From Hyphomicrobiales bacterium (GTDB taxonomy: Bacteria; Pseudomonadota; Alphaproteobacteria; Rhizobiales; Aestuariivirgaceae), in assembly GCA_031418535.1 (NCBI GenBank), contig JANOXS010000081.1, forward strand, positions 107 to 64,106: a DNA stretch of 64,000 nucleotides. Reading direction: 5' to 3'. Of this stretch, positions 37,911 through 48,803 are shown piece after piece. Each line of letters starts with the position of its first letter. Position 1 is the stretch's first letter. The notes beneath the pieces were generated by a model that had not been told where the DNA came from, searched no databases, and saw nothing but the letters and a program-made list of their open reading frames with translations. Made by a program: the position numbers and the translations under genes.

Positions 37911-39125
37911 ATGCGCCGTGTCGTTATCACCGGAATGGGCATTGTTTCGTGCATTGGCAATGGTCCTGATGAAGTTACAGCGTCGCTGAAGGCCGCCAAA
38001 TCCGGCATTGTGCGCGCTGATAAATATGCTGAGCTTGGCTTTCGCAGCCAAGTGCATGGTCAACCCAATTTCGATTCCGAATTGGTCGATCGCCGGGCCA
38101 GACGCTTCATGGGCGATGGTGGCATCTGGAACTATGCGTCGATGGAACAGGCAATTAAGGATTCAGGTCTCGAAGAAAAAGACATTAAAAACGAACGCAC
38201 GGGGATCATTATGGGCTCCGGCGGGCCATCGACTAAAACGATTGTGGCCGCCGCTGATACCACCCGCGAAAAGGGCCCCAAGCGCGTAGGGCCCTTTGCC
38301 GTGCCGCCGTCCATGTCATCAGCGCATTCCGCTGTGCTGGCCACACCCTTTGGCATTAAAGGCGTGAACTACACAATTTCATCAGCTTGCGCCACATCAG
38401 CACATTGCATCGGCAATGCTACGGAAATGATTCAGTGGGGCAAACAAGACGTTATGTTTGCAGGCGGCGGCGAAGAATTGGATTGGACGCTGTCTGTGTT
38501 GTTTGATGCCATGGGCGCTATGTCATCAAAGTATAATGAAACACCATCGGTAGCATCGCGGGCCTATGATAAAAACCGCGATGGCTTTGTGATCGCTGGC
38601 GGCGCTGGTGTTTTGGTTCTCGAAGAACTTGAACACGCTAAAGCCCGTGGCGCAAAAATCTATGCGGAGATTGTGGGTTATGGCGCCACGTCCGATGGCT
38701 ATGATATGGTGGCCCCATCAGGCGAAGGTGCCATCCGCTGCATGCGCAATGCCATGAGCACGGTGAACGGGAAGATCGACTATATCAATCCCCATGGCAC
38801 CTCCACACCAGTGGGCGACAAGAAGGAAATTGAAGCCATCCGCGAAGTGTTTGGCAGTAACATTCCTTATATCTCTTCCACTAAATCTTTAACCGGCCAT
38901 TCACTCGGTGCCACCGGCGTTCAAGAAGCGATTTATTGTTTGCTGATGATGCAAAATAATTTTATGGCCGAAAGCGCCAACATCGAAGAGTTGGATCCTG
39001 AATTTGAAGGTGTTCCAATTTTGCGCAAGCGCTTGGACAACGCAACAATCGACACTGTGATGTCCAACAGCTTCGGCTTTGGCGGCACCAACGCAGCCCT
39101 CGTCATGCAACGCTATAATGGATAA
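37911..39125 (+). CDS. fabB: Beta-ketoacyl-ACP synthase I
   Basis: [17 protein letters not shown]..., active-site ...SSACATS..., and GHSLGATG at the C-terminus. Confidence 0.93.
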   Translation: MRRVVITGMGIVSCIGNGPDEVTASLKAAKSGIVRADKYAELGFRSQVHGQPNFDSELVDRRARRFMGDGGIWNYASMEQAIKDSGLEEKDIKNERTGIIMGSGGPSTKTIVAAADTTREKGPKRVGPFAVPPSMSSAHSAVLATPFGIKGVNYTISSACATSAHCIGNATEMIQWGKQDVMFAGGGEELDWTLSVLFDAMGAMSSKYNETPSVASRAYDKNRDGFVIAGGAGVLVLEELEHAKARGAKIYAEIVGYGATSDGYDMVAPSGEGAIRCMRNAMSTVNGKIDYINPHGTSTPVGDKKEIEAIREVFGSNIPYISSTKSLTGHSLGATGVQEAIYCLLMMQNNFMAESANIEELDPEFEGVPILRKRLDNATIDTVMSNSFGFGGTNAALVMQRYNG

Positions 39126-39131
39126 TAAAAA

Positions 39132-39920
39132 ATGAATGGATTGATGCAGGGCAAACGCGGCCTCGTTATGGGGGTTGCCAACGATCACTCGATTGCCTGG
39201 GGCATTGCAAGCGAACTTGCAAAACATGGTGCCGAATTGGCGTTCTCATATCAAGGCGAAGCCTTTGGCAAACGCTTGGCACCTTTGGCTGAATCAGTAG
39301 GATCAAACACATTGATTCCCTGTGATGTTGAAGACATTGCATCCGTTGATTATGTGTTCGCAGTGCTCAAAGAAAAATGGGGCACCATTGATTTCGTTGT
39401 CCATGCCATTGCGTTTTCGGACAAGAACGAACTCAAAGGAAAATTCGCTGATACCAGCCGTGAAAATTTTGTGAAGACCATGATCATCTCGGCCTTCTCA
39501 TTTGTAGAGATCACCAAACGTGCGGCAGCGATGATGCCAAATGGCGGCTCAATCATCACGCTGACGTATGGTGGTTCAACACGCGTGATGCCCAACTATA
39601 ATGTGATGGGTGTGGCCAAGGCCGCATTGGAATCCTCAGTACGATATTTGGCAAGCGACTTTGGCCCGCAAGGCGTGCGCGTCAACGCCATCAGCGCTGG
39701 CCCGATGCGCACGCTCGCTGGGGCAGGCATCGGTGATGCCAGAGCCATGTTCAACTACCAAAACAGCCACGCGCCATTGCGGCGCACGATTACGCTGGAA
39801 GAAGTGGGTGGAGCCGGGTTGTATCTGTTGTCCCCTCTTTCGGGTGGCGTAACTGGCGAAATCCATTACGTCGACTCAGGCTACAACATCATCTCCATGC
39901 CACGGCCCGATGAGATTTAA
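39132..39920 (+). CDS. fabI: Enoyl-ACP reductase (NADH)
   Basis: GKRGLVMGVANDHSIAWGIA..., ...YNVMGVAKAALE... Confidence 0.93.
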   Translation: MNGLMQGKRGLVMGVANDHSIAWGIASELAKHGAELAFSYQGEAFGKRLAPLAESVGSNTLIPCDVEDIASVDYVFAVLKEKWGTIDFVVHAIAFSDKNELKGKFADTSRENFVKTMIISAFSFVEITKRAAAMMPNGGSIITLTYGGSTRVMPNYNVMGVAKAALESSVRYLASDFGPQGVRVNAISAGPMRTLAGAGIGDARAMFNYQNSHAPLRRTITLEEVGGAGLYLLSPLSGGVTGEIHYVDSGYNIISMPRPDEI

Positions 39921-39932
39921 TTCGTAGTCGTA

Positions 39933-39980
39933 TCCTCCCCCCTCGCGGGGGAGGTGGCAGCGAAGCTGACGGAGGGGGAC
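39933..39980. repeat. Left copy of the ~47-bp direct repeat flanking the DUF559 gene (contains a CCTCCCCC-N5-GGGGGAGG hairpin)
   Basis: TCCTCCCCCCTCGCGGGGGAGGTGGCAGCGAAGCTGACGGAGGGGGAC. It differs from the 40387-40432 copy by 1 substitution and 2 single-nt indels. Confidence 0.9.
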
Positions 39981-39981
39981 T

Positions 39982-40350
39982 TTGGATTTACTCAAAACCG
40001 CCAGACACCTCCGCAAAAACATGACCCCCGAAGAAGTCAAACTCTGGGTCAATCTTAAAGCGCTCAACAAACAAGGCTTCAACTTCCGTCGCCAAGCGCC
40101 CGTCGACAGCTACATTTTAGATTTCGTGGAATTCACCCAACGTCTGATCATCGAAGTTGACGGGTCGCAGCATGGTGAGCCCGAGGGTGAGCGGAGAGAT
40201 AAATTCCGCGACACACACTTCAATGCTGCCGGATTTCAAGTTTTGAGATTTTGGAATAGCGATGTGAACTTAGAATTAGACGGAGTTATTAATAAAATTC
40301 TGAGCGTGTTGAAAGTGCCCCCTCCGCCCAAAAGGGCACCTCCCCCGTGA
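39982..40350 (+). CDS. DUF559 (Vsr-like endonuclease fold) domain protein
   Basis: ...ARHLRKNMTPEEVKLW...GFNFRRQAPVDSYILDFVEF...LIIEVDGSQH...GFQVLRFWNSDV is the DUF559 pattern. TTG start. The stop codon sits in the loop of a third CCTCCCCC/GGGGGAGG hairpin (40339-40359). Confidence 0.85.
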   Translation: MDLLKTARHLRKNMTPEEVKLWVNLKALNKQGFNFRRQAPVDSYILDFVEFTQRLIIEVDGSQHGEPEGERRDKFRDTHFNAAGFQVLRFWNSDVNLELDGVINKILSVLKVPPPPKRAPPP

Positions 40351-40386
40351 AGGGGGAGGATAAGAAAGTAAGCTTTTTACTGTTAA

Positions 40387-40432
40387 TCCTCCCCCCTAGC
40401 GGGGGAGGTGGCGCGAAGCGACGGAGGGGGAC
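40387..40432. repeat. Right copy of the direct repeat flanking the DUF559 gene
   Basis: TCCTCCCCCCTAGCGGGGGAGGTGGCGCGAAGCGACGGAGGGGGAC. Confidence 0.9.
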
Positions 40433-40437
40433 TCGTC

Positions 40438-41742
40438 TCACAAAATAAACTTACTCAAATCCACATTCTTCGCCAGTGCTCCAACATGCTCGACCACATA
40501 GGCCTCGTCGATCTTCACGGTCTCGCCGGAGCGGTCCGTGGCAGTGAAACTCACCTCATCTAAAATTCGTTCCATCACTGTCTGCAATCTGCGCGCGCCA
40601 ATGTTTTCGATGGAGCCGTTAATCTCTGCTGCGATGCGTGCAATCGCGGCCACACCTTCATCTGAAAATTCCAGCTCCACACCTTCGGTGTCCAGCAATG
40701 CTTTATATTGCTTGATCAAGCTGGTTTCAGGTTCAGTCAAAATGCGGCGGAACTCATCTTGCCCCAGCGCCTTCAGTTCCACGCGAATAGGCAAGCGGCC
40801 TTGTAGCTCTGGCAACAAATCGGATGGCTTGGCCACATGGAATGCACCTGATGCGATGAACAGAATATGATCAGTCTTCACCGGACCATGCTTGGTCGAA
40901 ACTGTGGTGCCTTCGATGAGCGGCAGCAAATCGCGCTGCACACCTTCGCGCGAAGCATCGGCACCACCGCGCCCGCCAGAGGAAGCAATCTTGTCGATCT
41001 CATCCAGAAACACAATGCCGTTATTTTCAACAACCTCGATGGCTTCCTGCAGAATCTTATCATGATCTAAAAGTTTTTCACTTTCTTCAATCATCAAAAT
41101 TTCATGGGCTTGCGCCACTGATACTTTACGCGGTTTGGTGCGGTTACCAAAGGCTTTGCCCATCATGTCTGAAATATTGATGATAGAAGCCGAACCGCCG
41201 GGCATTCCCGAAATATCAAAGCTCGGCGCACCGCCTGTGTCAGCCACCTGAATTTCAATTTCCTTAGCGTTGAGTTCACCATTGCGCAATTTCTTGCGGA
41301 AGGAATCGCGCGTGGACTCGGAAGCATTCTCGCCCACTAAAACGGAAACGACTCGGTCCTCAGCCGCCGCATGAGCCGCCGCTTCCACATCTTTCCGCCG
41401 CGCTGCCTTCACCATACCAATGCCCGCTTCCAAAAGGTCGCGCACGATCTGATCCACATCGCGGCCCACATAACCAACTTCAGTAAACTTGGTGGCTTCC
41501 ACTTTTAAAAATGGCGCATTGGCAAGTTTCGCCAGCCGTCTGGCAATTTCCGTTTTGCCAACACCTGTTGGACCGATCATCAGAATGTTTTTCGGAACCA
41601 CATCTTCGCGCATCTGCCCCTTCAGCTGCTGCCTACGCCACCGATTGCGCAAAGCAATAGCCACAGCCCGCTTGGCATCGTGCTGCCCGATAATATACCG
41701 ATCAAGTTCGGAAACAATTTCGCGCGGTGTAAAATTTGTCAT
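40438..41742 (-). CDS. hslU: ATP-dependent protease ATPase subunit HslU
   Basis: [37 protein letters not shown]...[15 protein letters not shown]. Confidence 0.97.
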   Translation of the reverse strand: MTNFTPREIVSELDRYIIGQHDAKRAVAIALRNRWRRQQLKGQMREDVVPKNILMIGPTGVGKTEIARRLAKLANAPFLKVEATKFTEVGYVGRDVDQIVRDLLEAGIGMVKAARRKDVEAAAHAAAEDRVVSVLVGENASESTRDSFRKKLRNGELNAKEIEIQVADTGGAPSFDISGMPGGSASIINISDMMGKAFGNRTKPRKVSVAQAHEILMIEESEKLLDHDKILQEAIEVVENNGIVFLDEIDKIASSGGRGGADASREGVQRDLLPLIEGTTVSTKHGPVKTDHILFIASGAFHVAKPSDLLPELQGRLPIRVELKALGQDEFRRILTEPETSLIKQYKALLDTEGVELEFSDEGVAAIARIAAEINGSIENIGARRLQTVMERILDEVSFTATDRSGETVKIDEAYVVEHVGALAKNVDLSKFIL

Positions 41743-42284
41743 GCTGTCAAAGTCTCAATCGTCAAATTACCATTGGTATAAACGCAAATATCAGCCGCAA
41801 TGCCCATGGCTTTACGAGCGATAGCTTCAGCATCCAAATCCGTATCCATTAAGGCACGTGCTGCGGCGAGTGCATAATTTCCGCCAGAGCCAATAGCAAC
41901 AACCCCGTGCTCAGGCTCCAACACATCGCCAGTGCCAGTTAAGACCAGCGAGATATTTTTATCGGCCACAATCATCATGGCTTCCAAACGGCGCAAGTAA
42001 CGATCAGTGCGCCAGTCCTTCGCCATTTCCACACATGCGCGTGTGAGTTGGTTGGGAAACTGCTCAAGCTTGCCTTCAAGCCGCTCAAACAGCGTCATGG
42101 CATCAGCCGTAGCACCTGCAAATCCGGCAATAACGCCAGTTGTCCCCAAGGGCCGCACTTTGCGGGCGTTGCCTTTCATCACGGTTGATCCCATGCTCAC
42201 CTGACCATCACCGGCGATGACGATTTTGCCACCTTTGCGAACGCCTAAAATTGTCGTGCCATGCCAGTTTGTCGGATCACTCAT
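41739..42284 (-). CDS. hslV: ATP-dependent protease subunit HslV
   Basis: ...[26 protein letters not shown]... ATG 42284 is preferred over the longer track ORF. Confidence 0.95.
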   Translation of the reverse strand: MSDPTNWHGTTILGVRKGGKIVIAGDGQVSMGSTVMKGNARKVRPLGTTGVIAGFAGATADAMTLFERLEGKLEQFPNQLTRACVEMAKDWRTDRYLRRLEAMMIVADKNISLVLTGTGDVLEPEHGVVAIGSGGNYALAAARALMDTDLDAEAIARKAMGIAADICVYTNGNLTIETLTA

Positions 42285-42393
42285 GTCAAATTCCCTTTTG
42301 AGACCTCCATCTAAGCGTTGATAACCTAAAGTTAAAGGCCAACTTCCCAATTTATGTTGCATCTGCTAAGAGCGCCCTCGAAAGGTTAAGTTC

Positions 42394-42987
42394 ATGCGCA
42401 AAGCGACCATTACACGAAAGACCACCGAAACTGGGGTGACAGCCACCGTCAACTTAGACGGCACGGGCTCTTACGATATCAAGACAGGTGTGGGCTTCTT
42501 CGATCATTTGATGGAGCAACTAGCGCGGCATTCCTTGATCGATATAAAACTTGAAGCCAAAGGCGATTTGCACATTGATGATCACCACACTGTGGAAGAT
42601 TGCGGCATCGCATTAGGTCAAGCCATTTCAGAAGCCTTGGGCGACCGCAAAGGCATTCGCCGTTATGCATCTTGTGACTTGCCCATGGACGAGACTCTGA
42701 CTCGCGTGGCCATTGATGTGTCTGGTCGCCCATTTTTGATTTTTAAATGCGAATATCCAACCAACAAAATTGGGACGTTCGACACAGAACTTGTTCGCGA
42801 ATGGTTCCAGGCCTTTGCAATGAATGCAGGCATCACGCTGCACCTTGAAAATGCTTATGGCCTGAATTCACATCACATTGCTGAGTCCAGTTTTAAAGCC
42901 CTCGCACGTTCTTTGCGCGATGCACTTGAAATTGATCCGCGTCAGGCCAACCGAATTCCGTCGACCAAGGGCACGCTCTCGGCATGA
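42394..42987 (+). CDS. hisB: Imidazoleglycerol-phosphate dehydratase
   Basis: ...[17 protein letters not shown]...[14 protein letters not shown]... Confidence 0.95.
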   Translation: MRKATITRKTTETGVTATVNLDGTGSYDIKTGVGFFDHLMEQLARHSLIDIKLEAKGDLHIDDHHTVEDCGIALGQAISEALGDRKGIRRYASCDLPMDETLTRVAIDVSGRPFLIFKCEYPTNKIGTFDTELVREWFQAFAMNAGITLHLENAYGLNSHHIAESSFKALARSLRDALEIDPRQANRIPSTKGTLSA

Positions 42988-43634
42988 AGACGGTTATCAT
43001 AGATTACGGTTCCGGCAATTTGCACTCAGTTGCAAAAGCTTTTGAACGCGCTGCCAAGGATTTCAAAATCAAGGGTGATGTGACTGTCTCCAACAAGCCA
43101 GAACATATTGAAAAAGCTGAGCGCATTGTCCTGCCGGGCGTTGGTGCATTTAAAGATTGCATGAATGGCCTGTTGGCCATTGAGGGCTTGCGTGAAACTT
43201 TGCAGGAGCAAGTGATCACCAAAGGCAAACCCATCTTGGGTATTTGCGTGGGAATGCAACTTATGGCCACACGCGGGCTTGAACACGAAACCACAAAAGG
43301 TCTCGGCTGGATTGCTGGAGATGTTAAACCGATCACGCCGACTGACCCTAATTTGAAAATTCCACACATGGGTTGGAACACGATCAAGCCGCATGGCCAA
43401 CACGCGTTGCTTGATGGTATTCTAACTGGTGATGATGGCTTGCACGCATACTTTGTGCATTCCTATCATATGCTGCCAGCTCTGCCAGAAGACCTGATTG
43501 CAACAACTGAATATGCGAGCGAAGTGACGGCCATGGTGGGCTACGATAATATCGTAGGCACCCAGTTCCACCCTGAGAAAAGCCAAGGCTTAGGTTTAGC
43601 GCTGATTGCAAATTTTCTGAGGTGGAAGCCTTGA
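42984..43634 (+). CDS. hisH: Imidazole glycerol phosphate synthase, glutamine amidotransferase subunit
   Basis: [12 protein letters not shown]...GICVGMQL...QFHPEKS. Confidence 0.95.
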   Translation: MKTVIIDYGSGNLHSVAKAFERAAKDFKIKGDVTVSNKPEHIEKAERIVLPGVGAFKDCMNGLLAIEGLRETLQEQVITKGKPILGICVGMQLMATRGLEHETTKGLGWIAGDVKPITPTDPNLKIPHMGWNTIKPHGQHALLDGILTGDDGLHAYFVHSYHMLPALPEDLIATTEYASEVTAMVGYDNIVGTQFHPEKSQGLGLALIANFLRWKP

Positions 43635-44362
43635 TATTATTCCCCGCCATTGATTTGAAAGACGGCCAGTGCGTGCGGTTGAAGCTGGGCGACATGGCGC
43701 AGGCCACAGTTTATAATGATGATCCAGCGGCTCAAGCGCTTGCATTTGAAAACCAAGGTTTCAAATGGCTTCACGTGGTGGATTTGAATGGCGCCTTTGA
43801 AGGTCATTCTGTGAATGGTGCAGCTGTCGAAGCAATTTTGAAAGCCACCAAAAATCCGGTACAATTGGGCGGTGGCATTCGCACAATGGCGCATATTGAA
43901 TCATGGTTGTCCAAAGGTTTGGCCCGCGTCATTCTGGGAACGGTTGCTGTGCGCAATCCGGCACTCGTGAAAGAAGCCTGCAAACTCTTCCCCGGCAAAG
44001 TTGCTGTCGGTATTGATGCCAAGGGCGGCAAAGTTGCCGTTGAAGGTTGGGCCGAAGCGTCAACATTGGAAGTCATTGAGCTCGCCAAAAAATTCGAAGG
44101 CGCAGGCGTTTCCGCAATTATTTATACTGACATTGATCGTGACGGAATTCTCACTGGCATCAACTGGGAAAGCACCTTGGCATTGGCCGATGCAGTTTTA
44201 ATTCCGGTGATAGCTTCGGGTGGCCTTGCCTCTATCAAAGATATTCAGCGCATGCTGCAGCCTGATGCTAAAAAGCTCGAAGGTGCCATCACGGGCCGCG
44301 CACTTTATGATGGCCGCTTTGATCCTGAAGAAGCACTCAAACTTATTTCAAAGGCAGCATAA
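43631..44362 (+). CDS. hisA: 1-(5-phosphoribosyl)-5-[(5-phosphoribosylamino)methylideneamino]imidazole-4-carboxamide isomerase
   Basis: (M)[16 protein letters not shown] canonical N-terminus from TTG 43631, which overlaps the hisH stop. The track ORF starts in frame at GTG 43622. Confidence 0.92.
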   Translation: MILFPAIDLKDGQCVRLKLGDMAQATVYNDDPAAQALAFENQGFKWLHVVDLNGAFEGHSVNGAAVEAILKATKNPVQLGGGIRTMAHIESWLSKGLARVILGTVAVRNPALVKEACKLFPGKVAVGIDAKGGKVAVEGWAEASTLEVIELAKKFEGAGVSAIIYTDIDRDGILTGINWESTLALADAVLIPVIASGGLASIKDIQRMLQPDAKKLEGAITGRALYDGRFDPEEALKLISKAA

Positions 44363-45129
44363 TGACCCTTAAAGCCCGCCTCATTCCTTGCCTTGATGTG
44401 AAAGATGGTCGCGTTGTTAAAGGGGTTAACTTTGTAAATTTGGTCGACGCTGGCGACCCCGTGGAATGCGCCAAAGCTTATGATGCAGCGGGGGCAGACG
44501 AACTCTGCTTTCTCGACATTGCTGCCACCCACGAAAATCGCTCAACCATGTTTGACGTGGTGAAGCGCACAGCTGAAGCATGTTTCATGCCGCTGACGGT
44601 TGGCGGTGGCGTTAAAAAAATAGAAGATATTCGCAATTTGCTTTTGTCGGGTGCTGATAAAGTGTCTATTAATTCAGCGGCAATAGCAGATCGTCAATTT
44701 GTGAAAGCCGCCGCGGAAAAATTTGGCTCGCAATGCATTGTTGTTTCAATTGATGCCAAAGAAACCACTCCCGGAAAATTTGAAATTTTCACCCACGGGG
44801 GCCGCAACGAAACTGGCATTGATGCTGTCGAATTTGCGCGCGAAGTGGCCAGCCTCGGTGCTGGCGAAATTATGCTCACATCTATGGACCGTGATGGCAC
44901 AGGCCAAGGCTTCAATATCGCCTTAACCCGCGCCATCGCTGATGCAGTAAAAATTCCGGTCATAGCATCTGGCGGTGTTGGCACCTTGGATCATCTGGTC
45001 GAAGGCATTCGCGATGGCCATGCCAATGCAGTTTTGGCGGCTTCAATTTTTCACTTTGGAACATTTAAAATCGCCGAAGCCAAAGCATACATGGCCGCAA
45101 ACGGCATACCCATGAGGATGACAATATGA
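44362..45129 (+). CDS. hisF: Imidazole glycerol phosphate synthase, cyclase subunit
   Basis: [22 protein letters not shown]... Confidence 0.96.
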   Translation: MTLKARLIPCLDVKDGRVVKGVNFVNLVDAGDPVECAKAYDAAGADELCFLDIAATHENRSTMFDVVKRTAEACFMPLTVGGGVKKIEDIRNLLLSGADKVSINSAAIADRQFVKAAAEKFGSQCIVVSIDAKETTPGKFEIFTHGGRNETGIDAVEFAREVASLGAGEIMLTSMDRDGTGQGFNIALTRAIADAVKIPVIASGGVGTLDHLVEGIRDGHANAVLAASIFHFGTFKIAEAKAYMAANGIPMRMTI

Positions 45130-45440
45130 AGTCGCTCGAAAAATTGGAAGCAACGATAGCCGCAAGAAAAGGGTCTGCACCAGAAAGCTCTTATACAGCA
45201 AAACTATTGAGCCAAGGCACCGAGAAATGCGCCAAGAAATTTGGCGAAGAAGCCTTTGAGTTGGCAATGGCCGCAGTATTGAACGATAAGACAAACATTG
45301 CGAATGAAGCAGCTGACGTGCTCTATCATTTGCTGGTGTTGCTGCAATCAACCGAAGTACCCTTAGCGGATGTGATTGCGACGCTTGAAAGCCGTGAAGG
45401 CATATCGGGTCTTGTGGAGAAAGCCAACCGCAATGGTTGA
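45126..45440 (+). CDS. hisE: Phosphoribosyl-ATP pyrophosphatase
   Basis: ...[18 protein letters not shown]...A......[13 protein letters not shown]. Confidence 0.92.
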   Translation: MKSLEKLEATIAARKGSAPESSYTAKLLSQGTEKCAKKFGEEAFELAMAAVLNDKTNIANEAADVLYHLLVLLQSTEVPLADVIATLESREGISGLVEKANRNG

Positions 45441-46395
45441 TATTGAAGAAGATTTGGCCAGAGAAGTCTCGCCGTTTCGGCGATTTGGCCGTGAAGAATG
45501 GGCGGCCTTACGCGCTGATACAGCGATGACATTAACGGAAGCAGATCTGGTTGAAGTGCGCAGTTTGAATGACCGCATTGATCTCGATGAAGTTGAGACG
45601 ATTTATTTGCCGATGTCGCGCTTGCTCAATCTTTATGTGCAGGCCAGTCAAAAACTGTTCAACGCATCCAATATGTTCCTGCACCGCACTGAACTCAAAG
45701 TGCCTTATGTCATTGGAGTTGCGGGCAGCGTGGCAGGTGGCAAAAGCACCACTGCTCGAATTTTGCGCCGCTTGCTCTCGCGCTGGCCGTCAACCCCTAA
45801 AGTTGATTTGGTTACCACCGACGGCTTTCTGCTCCCGAATGCGGTGCTTGAGCGCGACGGATTGATGACGCGCAAAGGCTTTCCCGAAACTTACGACTTG
45901 CCAAACATTTTGCGCTTTATGTCGGACATCAAGTCGGGCGAGCGCGATGTGGAAGCACCAATCTATTCGCACCTCACCTATGATGTGCTGCACGGCAAGA
46001 CTCAGGTGATCGACCAACCAGATATTCTGATTGTCGAAGGTATCAATGTCTTGCAAACTGGGAGGCCGCCACGCGATGGTCGCGGTATTCCGAATGTTTC
46101 CGACTTTTTTGATTTTTCAATTTTCATTGACGCTGACATAGAAGATTTGCGCGAGTGGTATATTGAGCGGTTTTTCACGTTGCGCAGCGGAGCCTTTAAA
46201 GATCCAAAATCGTATTTTCATCGCTACGCCGCTCTCACCGATGCCCGAGCATTAGAAACTGCAACACGAATATGGACCACGATTAACTTGGCAAATTTGC
46301 GGGAGAATATTTTGCCGACCCGCCCACGCGCCGATCTCGTGTTGCGCAAAGGTTCCGATCATAAAGTTCGAAGCGTGTTTCTACGCAAGCTTTAG
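45433..46395 (+). CDS. coaA: Type I pantothenate kinase
   Basis: ...[19 protein letters not shown]... P-loop and a CoaA-like sequence. ATG 45433 overlaps the hisE end. Confidence 0.92.
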   Translation: MVDIEEDLAREVSPFRRFGREEWAALRADTAMTLTEADLVEVRSLNDRIDLDEVETIYLPMSRLLNLYVQASQKLFNASNMFLHRTELKVPYVIGVAGSVAGGKSTTARILRRLLSRWPSTPKVDLVTTDGFLLPNAVLERDGLMTRKGFPETYDLPNILRFMSDIKSGERDVEAPIYSHLTYDVLHGKTQVIDQPDILIVEGINVLQTGRPPRDGRGIPNVSDFFDFSIFIDADIEDLREWYIERFFTLRSGAFKDPKSYFHRYAALTDARALETATRIWTTINLANLRENILPTRPRADLVLRKGSDHKVRSVFLRKL

Positions 46396-47664
46396 TTTTT
46401 CAGGCCTCTCACCACCATAGGCCCAATTCAACAACTCGACGGTATGGAGAATCGGAATATCAGTTCCCGCACCAATCTGCGAAATACAGCCAATGTTTCC
46501 TGTCGCGATGACGTCTGGTTTCGTGCTTTTAATGTTATGAACTTTCCGGTCACGCAAATTTCGCGCGATTTCTGGCTGCAGAATGTTGTAGGTTCCAGCA
46601 GACCCGCAACACATATGACCTTCCGGCACTTCAACGACATCAAAGCCCGCCCCGCGCAAAAGTTGAATTGGTTGCACTTTCAATTGCTGACCATGCTGAA
46701 GCGAGCAGGCGGAATGATAAGCAACGCGCAATTTAATTTTCGCTTCGGGAAGTTTAATCTCCGTCAAGAACTCTGAAATGTCCTTGGCTTTTTCACTGAT
46801 AGCTTTGGCCTTCGCAGCGTAAATGATATCCAGCCTAAGCATATGTCCATAGTCTTTGATCGTGGTGCCACAGCCAGAAGTGGTCGCTATAATGGCATCC
46901 AAGTTTTCATCCGTCCACTGATCAATCATGCGTCTTGCACGGTTCAGTGCGTCAGCTTCTTTGCCCATATGATGCGTCAGAGAGCCACAACAACTTTCTC
47001 GAACAACAACAACATCAAAACCGATGCGGGTGAGCAAGTCGATTGTGGTTTTGTTAATTGCGGGATCCAGCACACTCTGCACGCAACCCATGAGCAAGCC
47101 TACACGACCGCGCCGTTGAACTTTTGTTTGGTAAGTGCCCGCTTGACCCATCGGTTCTGGCGAAACCAATTTTTGCGGAACGATATCCAACAATGCTGAA
47201 ATTCGCTTCGCACCTATGGCATCGGCAATTGGCTTAAAAGGTTTTGCCAATCGTGCAAAAACGATGGCAAGTCTAAAGAGTTTTGGCCTTGGCATTGTGA
47301 ACGCCAACAGATTGCGCAAGAATCGCTCCGTATACGGACGTTTATATGTGTTTTCGATATGGACCCGAGCATGATCAACCAGATGCATATAGTTCACGCC
47401 AGATGGACAAGTGGTCATGCACGATAAGCACGATAAGCAGCGGTCAATATGCTTCACAGTTTCTGCTTTTGCAGGTTCGCCCTTTTCCAACATCTCTTTG
47501 ATGAGATAAATCCGCCCACGCGGACTATCGAGTTCGTCACCCAGCAAAACATAGGTGGGGCAGGTGGCTGTACAAAATCCGCAATGCACGCACTTGCGCA
47601 AGACCGTGTTTGAATCGGCAATTTGTGGGTCGGAAAGTTGTTGAGGGGTGAAATTAGTTTGCAT
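46381..47664 (-). CDS. glcF: Glycolate oxidase iron-sulfur subunit
   Basis: Two ferredoxin-type clusters ([24 protein letters not shown]) plus CCG domains. Confidence 0.92.
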   Translation of the reverse strand: MQTNFTPQQLSDPQIADSNTVLRKCVHCGFCTATCPTYVLLGDELDSPRGRIYLIKEMLEKGEPAKAETVKHIDRCLSCLSCMTTCPSGVNYMHLVDHARVHIENTYKRPYTERFLRNLLAFTMPRPKLFRLAIVFARLAKPFKPIADAIGAKRISALLDIVPQKLVSPEPMGQAGTYQTKVQRRGRVGLLMGCVQSVLDPAINKTTIDLLTRIGFDVVVVRESCCGSLTHHMGKEADALNRARRMIDQWTDENLDAIIATTSGCGTTIKDYGHMLRLDIIYAAKAKAISEKAKDISEFLTEIKLPEAKIKLRVAYHSACSLQHGQQLKVQPIQLLRGAGFDVVEVPEGHMCCGSAGTYNILQPEIARNLRDRKVHNIKSTKPDVIATGNIGCISQIGAGTDIPILHTVELLNWAYGGERPEKLKLA

Positions 47665-48803
47665 TAAACACCCTCATACATGCGGCCCGGATTGAGCAAA
47701 CCATTTGGATCAAATGAATTTTTTACGCGCGCTGAAAGATCCGCCAAAGCTTGCGGCTGCGGTTGAAACACATTGATCGTTGAGCGAACAACTTGAGGTG
47801 CCCGGACCAAAGTTGCATGACCTCCACCAAGCGTGGCACGGATTTCAGTGGATTTTTCATCTGCACAATCCATCCAAATCAGCCCACCTGCCCAATCAAA
47901 GAAATAGCGAAACTCAAACTGCTCGCGAAGTTGAGCGATAACAGAAGGCGCAGAACTTGGCATCACTGAAATTTTCCAAACCGCACGCATTGTGTCGTCG
48001 GCCAGTGGCAACACATCACGAATGTTGCGCCACTGCGCAGCCGATTCCAATGAATTGAGAATATCCTGCTTTCCAGCAAGCAACGAAATCAACTTGTCAC
48101 GGCGATAGGCGACGGAAGGTGCAATACCTTCGAGGCGCAAGAATGTGCCAACATTGGGTATGTGTGCAGCACCTGAGACTTCAGTTGATGATTGCATTGC
48201 ACTGCTCATGCAGTTCACTGCTGCAACATCATCAAGGCCACGAATGACAAGTGTCTCTTCGAATTCTGGACGAGGCAAAACTTTGAAAATAACCGAAGTA
48301 AAAGCGGCGAGTGTTCCATATGATCCCGCCATCAATTTTGGCACATCATAGCCAGTCACATTTTTCACAACGCGAGCTCCCGCCTTAAAAATCTCACCGC
48401 GCCCTGAAACAGCCTGCAAACCCAAAACATGATCCCGTGCGGCACCCATTTTTAGGCGACGCGGACCCGATAGATTGCACGCCAACACACCACCAATGGT
48501 GCCGCTATGTTTCGACCCTAGCAATCGAGAATAATCACGCGGCTCAAATGCAAGATACTGGTTCTTTGCGTGAATCAATTTTTCAATCTCAGAGAGCTTG
48601 GTCGCCGCGCCAACTTCTAAAATGAGCTCCTCTGGCTCATAAGCCGTAACGCCAGAAAATTTTGAAAGGTCTAAGATATTAGGATTTTCAGTATGCCGAC
48701 CAAGTTTGTTTTTTGTTCCCGTTCCAATAACTTCGAACGGAAATTTCGCCCCTGCAATTACCTGGCCGAGTTCATTAGCCGTGGTTGGTTTATATCGCAT
48801 CAA
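47664..48803 (-). CDS. glcE: Glycolate oxidase FAD-binding subunit
   Basis: FAD_binding_4-like protein of 379 aa, located between glcD and glcF. Confidence 0.88.
   Translation of the reverse strand: MMRYKPTTANELGQVIAGAKFPFEVIGTGTKNKLGRHTENPNILDLSKFSGVTAYEPEELILEVGAATKLSEIEKLIHAKNQYLAFEPRDYSRLLGSKHSGTIGGVLACNLSGPRRLKMGAARDHVLGLQAVSGRGEIFKAGARVVKNVTGYDVPKLMAGSYGTLAAFTSVIFKVLPRPEFEETLVIRGLDDVAAVNCMSSAMQSSTEVSGAAHIPNVGTFLRLEGIAPSVAYRRDKLISLLAGKQDILNSLESAAQWRNIRDVLPLADDTMRAVWKISVMPSSAPSVIAQLREQFEFRYFFDWAGGLIWMDCADEKSTEIRATLGGGHATLVRAPQVVRSTINVFQPQPQALADLSARVKNSFDPNGLLNPGRMYEGV

Noticed and set aside
39933-40432. Possibility that the CCTCCCCC/GGGGGAGG repeats are a small CRISPR array
   Set aside because: There are only two full repeat copies plus one partial hairpin. 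The spacing is irregular (about 400 bp, containing a gene), and no cas genes are present.
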